Shown here: positions 1 to 6,391 of the stretch, one piece after another
Layout: every line of letters starts with the position of its first letter
How positions within the stretch are numbered: the first letter of the stretch is position 1
Assembly (NCBI GenBank): GCA_041492755.1
Contig: JBGPXN010000152.1
Coordinates: forward strand, 1-11,380
Reading direction: 5' to 3'
Origin: Candidatus Methylomirabilia bacterium
GTDB lineage: Bacteria > Methylomirabilota > Methylomirabilia > Rokubacteriales > CSP1-6
DNA length: 11,380 nucleotides
Notes under the pieces: generated by a model
Databases searched by the model: none
What the model saw: only the letters and a program-made list of their open reading frames with translations
What the model was told of the DNA's origin: nothing
Translations under genes and position numbers: made by a program

Positions 1-342
1 CACGACCCTCGTGCCCGCGGGAATTCGCGTGCCGGCGCCGACCGCCTCCACGACGCCGGCCGCCTCGTGGCCCAGCACGACCGGATAGCGGACGTTCGGG
101 TGCTGACCGGCGTAGATCGAGAGATCGGTGTGGCAGACGGCCGTCGCGGCCACGCGCACGATCGCTTCGCCCGGCCCCGGATCCGTCCACGGCCGCTCCG
201 CGATTTCAAGGCGCCGTGGCGACTGGAGAACTGCAGCCCTCGTCGTGTGCCCCTCTTCGAGCGCCGGCTTTGCCGGCGCAAGTTTCGTTTCTTGTTCCGC
301 CGGTGGGGGGAATTGGGGGGAGCGGCGGACGCTCCCCCCCAT
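1..342 (-). CDS. Zn-dependent medium-chain alcohol dehydrogenase (MDR family), N-terminal part; runs off the left edge, start uncertain
   Basis: Manual translation of the - strand from 240 to 1 gives RAAVLQSPRRLEIAERPWTDPGPGEAIVRVAATAVCHTDLSIYAGQHPNVRYPVVLGHEAAGVVEAVGAGTRIPAGTRVV, with the catalytic-Zn motifs CHTD and GHExxGxV. The nearest in-frame ATG is at 342-340, just after the M24 stop. The family-typical N-terminus (MRAAVL) would instead begin at an ACG at 243-241. Confidence 0.9.
   Translation of the reverse strand, partial: MGGSVRRSPQFPPPAEQETKLAPAKPALEEGHTTRAAVLQSPRRLEIAERPWTDPGPGEAIVRVAATAVCHTDLSIYAGQHPNVRYPVVLGHEAAGVVEAVGAGTRIPAGTRVV
261..339. repeat. Double-hairpin palindromic element (REP-like)
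   Basis: Hairpin 1: GCGCCGGC-ttt-GCCGGCGC (261-279). Hairpin 2: GGGGGGAGCG-gcgga-CGCTCCCCCC (315-339), with an extra G6 run at 305-310. It lies between the M24 gene and the conserved part of the ADH. Confidence 0.65.
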
Positions 343-344
343 CT

Positions 345-1580
345 TCAAATGACGACGGTAATCTCCTCGACCGGGAAGTTACTGATGATCTCCGTCTTGT
401 CCGGGTGCACGATCAGCATCTCCTCGATCCGGACGCCGAACTCGTACTTCTTGCCGTGCTGCGTCTCCAGCGCGAACACCATGCCGGACTGGATCTCCAG
501 CGGATGGTCGAGCGACCAGATCCGCGAGATCACCGGCGGGTCGTATTGCGCGAGCCCGAGGCCGTGGCCCCACAGGTTCGCCGCCGCCTGGTCTTCCTCC
601 TCGTAGCCCCAGGCTTCCTTCGCCGACGGCCACTTCAGCGCGATGTCGCGCGTGGTGACACCCGGCCGAACCACCTTGATCGAGTCATAGAGCCACTTGA
701 GGGCGAGCGCGTAGTAGTCCTTCATCTCCTGCGTCGGCTGCTTGCCCACGCAGTAGGTGCGGTAGTAACAGGATTTGTAGCCGTTCCAGGTCAGCGCGGC
801 GAGATCCATGAACACGATCTCGCCCGGCTTGATGATGCGATCGGAGAAGTTGCGCCAGTTGGGCCAGGTGTTGGGCCCCGACGAGACGATCACGTCCTCC
901 ACGTCCTCCATGCCGGGGATGGAGTAGAGGTACTCCATGATGTGCGCGGTCACCTGGTTCTCGGTGAGGCCGGGCTTGAGATAGCGCATCGTCTCCCAGT
1001 GGGCGCCGTCGCCGATGGCGCCGACGATGCGCAGGCACTCCTGCTCGTCCTCGTTCTTGATCGCCCGCGCTTCCATCATGGGCGACATGCCGTCCGCCCA
1101 CTTGAGCTTGGATTCCTGGAACTGGTTCAACATGTTGATGTCGATGAAGTCCACGCCGAGCGTCTTGTCGGCGACCTGGTACCGGTTCATCTCCTTGACG
1201 ATGGAGTCGGTGAACTTCTTGACCTGCTGCTTGGACGCCGGCCCGGCCGCGCCCTTGATCCACGCGTACGAGTAACGGATGTTCTCCTCGGGAATCCACG
1301 GCGCGTGCCGCTGGATCTGGAACCCGATGTCTCCCTGCTCGAACAGCACCGGTGGCCCGTCGCCGCAGAGCAGCGCGTAGCGGAGACCCGGCTTGAGACG
1401 GTTCCAGCCCGGCGTGAGCGTGCTCGTCACGTAGCGCACGTTCTCGTCGTACATGAGCAGCATGGCGCCGAGGTCGTGCGCCTTCATCCGTTCGCGCGCG
1501 CGCTCGAGGCGGTACTTCCGCAGCCGGTCCCAGTTGACGCGTTGCTGCCAGTCGACGCCAACAGTGCCGAAGTTCGCCAT
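345..1580 (-). CDS. M24-family (Xaa-Pro aminopeptidase/creatinase-fold) hydrolase
   Basis: 411 aa. Creatinase-like N-domain (RLERARERM...ENVRYVT), linker 'EARAIKNEDEQECLR', and pita-bread motifs DLAA...GYKSCYYRT, GHGLGL, GMVFALET, GVRIEE. SD GGAGG lies upstream of the ATG at 1580. Confidence 0.92.
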   Translation of the reverse strand: MANFGTVGVDWQQRVNWDRLRKYRLERARERMKAHDLGAMLLMYDENVRYVTSTLTPGWNRLKPGLRYALLCGDGPPVLFEQGDIGFQIQRHAPWIPEENIRYSYAWIKGAAGPASKQQVKKFTDSIVKEMNRYQVADKTLGVDFIDINMLNQFQESKLKWADGMSPMMEARAIKNEDEQECLRIVGAIGDGAHWETMRYLKPGLTENQVTAHIMEYLYSIPGMEDVEDVIVSSGPNTWPNWRNFSDRIIKPGEIVFMDLAALTWNGYKSCYYRTYCVGKQPTQEMKDYYALALKWLYDSIKVVRPGVTTRDIALKWPSAKEAWGYEEEDQAAANLWGHGLGLAQYDPPVISRIWSLDHPLEIQSGMVFALETQHGKKYEFGVRIEEMLIVHPDKTEIISNFPVEEITVVI

Positions 1581-1733
1581 TCAAGACCTCCCGGTCGGAC
1601 GGTGGGGGTTCGAAACAGCGCTCTCTTGTATCACATTTCGCGAATCCGGGACCCGCCCGCACCGCGCATGTTTCACTATGGCTGACGGGTCGGAGACTGC
1701 AGCGGGCGAGCATGTCGGAGGCGGGAGGCGAGC

Positions 1734-3080
1734 ATGGAGCGAGCGTACGATCTGGTGGTGGTCGGGACCGGCATCACGTCCGGGGTGGCGTCTCGGGTCC
1801 GTGAGGCCGGCTGGACGGTCGCGGTGGTGGATTCGCGTCCCTTCGGCGGCACGTGTGCGCTCCGCGGCTGCGTGCCGAAGAAAATTCTGGTGTCCGCGGC
1901 GGACGCCGTCCACGCCGCACGCGACATGACCGGCCAGGGCGTGCCCGCGGGCGCGCTGGCGATCGACTGGCCCGAGCTGATCCGGTTCAAGCGCTCGCTG
2001 ATCGACGCGACGTCCGAGCGGACGGAGCAGTCGTGGGCCAAGATCGGCGTCGAGCAATTCCACGGCCGCGCCCGCTTCGTGGGGCCGACCACGCTGGCGG
2101 TCGGCGACGACCGGCTCACCGGCCGCCGCATCCTCATCGCGGCCGGCGCCATGCCGGTTCCGCTGAAGTTCCCGGGCGCCGAGCGGCTCACGACGAGCGA
2201 GGAGTTCCTCGACCTCGACCGTGTGCCGCCGCGGCTCGTGTTCGTCGGCGGCGGCTACATCTCCTTCGAGTTCGCGCATGTCGCCGTCCGAGCGGGGGCA
2301 CGGGTCACGATCCTGCATCGCGGCGTCCGGCCCCTGGAGGGCTTCGACCCGGACCTGGTCGACCTTCTCGTGAGGCGCACCCGGGAAGTCGGCATCGGCG
2401 TCGAGACGGAGACCGAGGTCCGAGGCATCGACGCGGACGGAGACCGTCTCGTGGTGCGTGCCGCCCGACGCGGGGAGGAGCGACGGTTCGAGACCGAGAT
2501 GGCCGTCCATGGCGCCGGCCGGGTGCCGGAGATCGACGATCTCGATCTCGACGCCGCCGGCGTGAAGCATGACAAGCGCGGTGTCATCGTGAACGAGTTC
2601 CTCCAGAGCGTCTCGAACCCCGCGGTCTACGCGGGAGGTGATGCCGCCGCCAACGGGCCACCGCTGACGCCGAAGGCGAGCCACGACGTCGAGGTGCTGG
2701 TCACCAACCTTCTGGAGGGCAATCGCCGTGAGCCGAATTACAACGGCATCGCGTCGGCGGTGTTCACCCTGCCGCCGCTGGCGTCGACGGGACTGACCGA
2801 AGAAGCCGCGCGCGCCAGAAATTTGAAGTTCCGCACGAGCTGGCAAGAAACATCGGGATGGTTCAATACCCGGCGGGTCGGGGAAACTGCGTCAGGCTTC
2901 AAGGTGCTGGTCGACCAGGACACCGGCCGGATTCTCGGCGCGCACCTGCTCGGGCCACACGCCGACGAGGTGATCAACGTGTTCGCGGTCGCCGTCCGGC
3001 TCGGCATCCGGGCGAACGACCTGAAGGACGTGATCTTCGCCTACCCGACGAACGGCTCGGACATCCGGTACATGCTCTGA
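1734..3080 (+). CDS. Class-I pyridine nucleotide-disulfide oxidoreductase (glutathione reductase/dihydrolipoyl dehydrogenase-like)
   Basis: 448 aa. N-terminal FAD Rossmann fold (YDLVVVGTG), redox disulfide GGTCALRGCVPKK, NAD(P)H motif VGGGYISFE followed by HRGVR, GRVP, VYAGGD, dimerisation domain ILGAHLLG...AYPT. SD GGGAGG at 1723-1728. Confidence 0.93.
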   Translation: MERAYDLVVVGTGITSGVASRVREAGWTVAVVDSRPFGGTCALRGCVPKKILVSAADAVHAARDMTGQGVPAGALAIDWPELIRFKRSLIDATSERTEQSWAKIGVEQFHGRARFVGPTTLAVGDDRLTGRRILIAAGAMPVPLKFPGAERLTTSEEFLDLDRVPPRLVFVGGGYISFEFAHVAVRAGARVTILHRGVRPLEGFDPDLVDLLVRRTREVGIGVETETEVRGIDADGDRLVVRAARRGEERRFETEMAVHGAGRVPEIDDLDLDAAGVKHDKRGVIVNEFLQSVSNPAVYAGGDAAANGPPLTPKASHDVEVLVTNLLEGNRREPNYNGIASAVFTLPPLASTGLTEEAARARNLKFRTSWQETSGWFNTRRVGETASGFKVLVDQDTGRILGAHLLGPHADEVINVFAVAVRLGIRANDLKDVIFAYPTNGSDIRYML

Positions 3081-3309
3081 CGACGCGATCGTCGCTGTGG
3101 GCGTTGTGTCGGGGCACAGGGGGGCGCCGCCGGAGAGGGGCGGCGATGGCGTGGGCCCCGTATGGTTGCACGACCTCGACCGGGCGCTCTCGATCTCTGG
3201 CGGGGCGACCGCGACGGCCGAGGCGGCTGGGAACGCCCAGGCACCGGCCGCCAACAGCTCTCTTGACGGGGCATCCGATGCCGACTGTCTCATTCGACTT
3301 GACATCTTC

Positions 3310-3408
3310 CGCCCGACGGCAATCGCCATAACCGGTTACATCTCGGCCGGCAAGTCGACGCTTCTACGTCAGCTCGCGGAAAGGCACGGGTGGTCCTCAG
3401 TCGCGCTT
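3310..3408 (+). pseudogene. Truncated P-loop NTPase/kinase remnant
   Basis: Within ORF 3097..3597: RPTAIAITGYISAGKSTLLRQLAERHGW, i.e. beta-strand + Walker A (GxxxxGKST at 3334-3360) + helix, as at the N-terminus of NMP/AAA-type small-molecule kinases. From 3409 the frame runs antisense to the nucleotidyltransferase gene. Confidence 0.5.
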
Positions 3409-3891
3409 TCAGGAGTGGAAATAGGCCTCGATCCACATCTCGAGGGTCCGATCATGCCGTTCAGGGTCACCGATGATGATCGGGCGGAGTTCCTCGTGAT
3501 ACCGCCTACGGAGGATCTCGGCATTGAGCGGAACGGCTTTCGCCAACTGAGTGACATCCTCACGGTCGATCGGCGTGTTGCGAGTCAGTTTGGATAGTGC
3601 GAGGTCGTGCGGGTCTAGTCCGAAGAGATGCAGGTGCTGGAACGTGCGTGGGAAGAGTTCCGTCAGCCGGTCGGTGTAGGACTCGGGTAGGCTGGCGACA
3701 CCCACGTGCTGAAAGTAAAGGCCGTATCTCCTGGCAAGAAGTGACCCCATCCCGGCGATCTCCTGTAAGGCCGTCGCCGCCTCGAACGGCACGACCTCGA
3801 CGTAGTCGAGGTCGTTGGTCGGACGAGGGAGAGCATAGTAGACGGCCGCGACAAAACCGCCCAGGCAGTGGATCTCAATCGAGCCGGGCAA
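3409..3891 (-). CDS. DUF6036/AbiEii-like nucleotidyltransferase (putative toxin); probable true start further upstream (~3948)
   Basis: Pol-beta-superfamily NTase motif LGGF...RPTNDLDY (R-x-T-x-D-x-D at 3825-3805) and C-terminal LALSKLTR...DREDV. The frame is open upstream of the TTG at 3891 (TPPELSDPWRAFLFDVDRQ) and overlaps the stop of the XRE gene. Confidence 0.82.
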   Translation of the reverse strand: MPGSIEIHCLGGFVAAVYYALPRPTNDLDYVEVVPFEAATALQEIAGMGSLLARRYGLYFQHVGVASLPESYTDRLTELFPRTFQHLHLFGLDPHDLALSKLTRNTPIDREDVTQLAKAVPLNAEILRRRYHEELRPIIIGDPERHDRTLEMWIEAYFHS

Positions 3892-3937
3892 TTGGCGATC
3901 GACGTCAAACAGGAAGGCCCGCCACGGATCCGATAAC

Positions 3938-4630
3938 TCAGGCGGCGTAGCGGAGGGCCTCCGCGGTCCAGTCGGTCAAGATGTTCCAGCGCGTGGCATC
4001 TTCGGGACAATGCTCGACGAGCCACCGGCGCTCGGCCTCCGGCATCGACGCTCGACAAAGCGTATCTTCGCGAGCCAGACGGCTACGGTGGAGTTCGGCT
4101 TCAAGGTTCGTCAGTGCGCGTACCTTGGACGCATCCCTGGCACGCTCCGCGAGGCGCCGTGCCAAGCACACAACAAAGCCCAGTCGGTTCTGGAGGTCAC
4201 GCACCTTTGCCTCGTTGACTACCCACTTCCAGTCGAGCGTCCAATACTGCAACACGAGCCACGGCAACCCTTCGAAGAGCCGGGGCTCGAGGTCGTCCTG
4301 GGCGAGCGCAGTGAGCAAAACTTCGCCAGGATTCTTCGGTCTCCAGTGGCGGGAACGCTTGTAGGCGAACCGAGGGTAACCCAAACCAGCGAGATCCCTC
4401 GCAACGCTCTCCGCAGTACTCCGGGGAAGGACGGCTCGCTGGGACCGCGGAAGGGCCGTCGGAGCGAGGTCGTAGACCTTTGCGGCGCGCACGACCAGTT
4501 TGGTGCCAAGCGGCCGCTGGCCACGTTCGAGCATCGCGAGATACGGCTGAGACACGCCAAGACGGCGGGCCGCCTCGACCTGACTCCAGCCCTTTGCGAG
4601 TCGTGCACCGCGAAGATCATGAGGCTTCAT
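3938..4630 (-). CDS. XRE-family HTH protein with large helical C-terminal domain (putative antitoxin/autoregulator, AbiEi-like C-terminus)
   Basis: 230 aa. The N-terminus LRGARLAKGWSQVEAARRLGVSQPYLAMLERGQR is a classic HTH_3/Cro-C1 signature. The C-terminal domain has QNRLGF...RWNI, reminiscent of the RLG(Y/F)...W pattern of AbiEi-type antitoxins. It is directly upstream of the NTase gene. Confidence 0.85.
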   Translation of the reverse strand: MKPHDLRGARLAKGWSQVEAARRLGVSQPYLAMLERGQRPLGTKLVVRAAKVYDLAPTALPRSQRAVLPRSTAESVARDLAGLGYPRFAYKRSRHWRPKNPGEVLLTALAQDDLEPRLFEGLPWLVLQYWTLDWKWVVNEAKVRDLQNRLGFVVCLARRLAERARDASKVRALTNLEAELHRSRLAREDTLCRASMPEAERRWLVEHCPEDATRWNILTDWTAEALRYAA

Positions 4631-4637
4631 CCCAAAG

Positions 4638-4659
4638 ATATTATCACATAAGTGTAATA
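4638..4659 (-). promoter_or_regulatory. Extended -10 promoter (TG-A-TAATAT) overlapped by an imperfect inverted repeat (putative operator)
   Basis: The - strand reads ...TATTACACTTATG-TG-A-TAATAT-CTTTGGG-ATG. The + strand 4639-4659 is TATTA(T)CAC-ATAA-GTGTAATA, an 8-bp inverted repeat with a 1-nt bulge in a strongly AT-rich patch. There is no SD before the ATG. Confidence 0.62.
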
Positions 4660-4740
4660 GACTCTCCGCGCCCTCGAAGCTGACGAGCTACGACGTACCG
4701 TGCCGAGTCGCAAAAAGCGGGCGCGAGGAAGGATCCCTCA

Positions 4741-4845
4741 ATGACGGATCTCCCGTGGGCGGTCGCCTTACGTTGCCCATCCTGCGGCTACCAACACCAG
4801 CGCTACGGTCGGGGTGAGTATCTCTTGGAACTCGAGTGCCACTGA
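4741..4845 (+). CDS. Putative 34-aa CPxCG Zn-ribbon-like microprotein (possibly truncated)
   Basis: Manual translation: MTDLPWAVALRCPSCGYQHQRYGRGEYLLELECH*. Preceded by purine-rich GAGGAAGGA about 7 nt upstream. It fits wholly in the gap between the XRE gene and tctA and is too short for the ORF track. Confidence 0.4.
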   Translation: MTDLPWAVALRCPSCGYQHQRYGRGEYLLELECH

Positions 4846-4867
4846 GTCCTGTTCAAAGACCCTGGCG

Positions 4868-6385
4868 TCACTCGGGCTTGGCCACCGGCCCAACGATCTG
4901 CCAGAACTTGCGGGTCAGCACGCGGCGGATCAGTGGCGTGAGCAGCATCAGCGCGGCGCACGCCAGCAGCGTCGCCGCGATCGGCCGCTCCAGGAACCCC
5001 ATGAAGTCGCCCCGCGAATAGATCAACGCACGGCGCAGCGAGGCTTCGAGCTGCGGGCCCAGGATCATCGCCAGCACGAGCGGCGCCGGCTCGAAGCCGA
5101 GCTTGCGCAGCAGGTAGCCGACCAGGCCGAAGACGACCGTGGTGCCGACGTCGAAGATGCTGTTGTTGATGCTGTACGCGCCGACGGCGACGAAGACGAC
5201 GATGAAGGGCGCCAGCAGTCGATACGGGACCTGCAGCAGCTTCACCCAGAGGCCGATGAGCGGCAGGTTCAGCACGAGCAGCATCACGTTGCCGAGGTAC
5301 ATGGAGGCCACCAGCCCCCAGAAGATCTCGGGCTTCTCGCTCAGCAGCATCGGGCCCGGCCGCACGCCGTGGATCATGAGCGCGGCGAAGATCATCGCGA
5401 TGGACGCGTTGCCGGGAATGCCGAGCGTGAGGAGCGGAATGAACGAGCCCGTGGCCGCGGCGTTGTTGGCGGACTCCGGGCCGGCCACGCCCTCGACCGC
5501 GCCCTTGCCGAACCGCTCGGGGTGCCGGCTCAACCGCTTCTCGAGCGCGTAGGACATGAACGACGCGATGATGGCGCCACCGCCGGGCAGCACGCCGATG
5601 AAGAAGCCCAGCAGCGAGCCGCGCGCGATCGGCGCCGCGGCCTGACGCCATTCCTCGCGACTCGGTAACAGTCCGCGAATCCGCGTCTTGAACACGTCCG
5701 CGGCCGTGGACTGCTCGACGTTGGCGAGCACCTCGCCGATGCCGAAGAGCCCCATGGCGACGAGCACGAACTCGAAGCCCTCGCTGAGCTTGAACACGCC
5801 GAAGGTGAAGCGCGGGCTGCCCATGATCGGGTCGAGCCCGACCGTGCCGAGCAGCAGGCCGAGGGCCACCATGATGAGGCCCTTGGTCATCGACGCGCCG
5901 GCGAGGTAGCCCGCCATCATGAGTCCCAGGATCAGCAGCGCGGCATTCTCGTGCGCGCCGAACTTCAGCGCGAAGGCGGCCAGCGGCGGCGCCAGCACCA
6001 TGAGCCCCACGATCGACAGGGTGCCCGCAATGAACGAGCCGAAGGCCGACAGCGCGAGCGCGGCGCCGGCGCGGCCCTGACGGGCCATCTGGTAGCCGTC
6101 GAGACACGTGACCACCGACGCCGCTTCGCCTGGAATGTTGAGCAGGATCGAGGTGGTCGAGCCGCCGTACATGGCGCCGTAGAAAATGCCGGCGAGGAGG
6201 ATCACGGCCGACGTGGGCGCGATGTTGTAGGTGACCGGCAGCAGCAGCGCGATGGTGGCCGGCGGCCCGAGGCCGGGCAGCACGCCGATGGCGGTGCCGA
6301 CCAGGGAGCCGAGCAAGCAATAAAGCAGGTTGGTCGGCGTGAACGCGATGGCGAAGCCGGAAGCAAGCCCGGCGAGGACGTCCAC
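4868..6385 (-). CDS. tctA: Tripartite tricarboxylate transporter large permease TctA
   Basis: 505 aa, highly hydrophobic. Family motifs GVLPGLGP, IFYGAMYGGS, NIPGEAASVVTCLDGYQMARQGRAG, GVLPGGG, EGVAGPESANNAA, LLTLGIPG. GTG start 6 nt after the tctB stop. Confidence 0.96.
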   Translation of the reverse strand: MDVLAGLASGFAIAFTPTNLLYCLLGSLVGTAIGVLPGLGPPATIALLLPVTYNIAPTSAVILLAGIFYGAMYGGSTTSILLNIPGEAASVVTCLDGYQMARQGRAGAALALSAFGSFIAGTLSIVGLMVLAPPLAAFALKFGAHENAALLILGLMMAGYLAGASMTKGLIMVALGLLLGTVGLDPIMGSPRFTFGVFKLSEGFEFVLVAMGLFGIGEVLANVEQSTAADVFKTRIRGLLPSREEWRQAAAPIARGSLLGFFIGVLPGGGAIIASFMSYALEKRLSRHPERFGKGAVEGVAGPESANNAAATGSFIPLLTLGIPGNASIAMIFAALMIHGVRPGPMLLSEKPEIFWGLVASMYLGNVMLLVLNLPLIGLWVKLLQVPYRLLAPFIVVFVAVGAYSINNSIFDVGTTVVFGLVGYLLRKLGFEPAPLVLAMILGPQLEASLRRALIYSRGDFMGFLERPIAATLLACAALMLLTPLIRRVLTRKFWQIVGPVAKPE

Positions 6386-6391
6386 CAGCGG

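Noticed and set aside
216..1685. 489-aa + strand ORF and other ORFs overlapping the M24 gene
   Set aside because: Antisense or alternative-frame shadows of a gene with clear family motifs.
1581..2846. 421-aa - strand ORF
   Set aside because: Antisense to the disulfide oxidoreductase; no recognisable domain.
1734..3080. Calling the oxidoreductase merA, gor or lpd
   Set aside because: No C-terminal Cys pair or mer context, no HPTxxE dyad, and no 2-oxoacid dehydrogenase neighbours.
3081..3145. Short hairpins after the oxidoreductase stop (3081-3094, 3125-3145) as terminators
   Set aside because: Stems of only 5-7 bp in GC-rich DNA with no U-tract.
3097..3597. ORF 3097..3597 as an intact 166-aa gene
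   Set aside because: Its last ~190 nt are antisense to the NTase and nothing kinase-like follows the P-loop helix; kept only as a remnant.
4843..4845. TGA after C-H in the small ORF as selenocysteine
   Set aside because: No convincing SECIS-like hairpin, and read-through soon enters antisense tctA.
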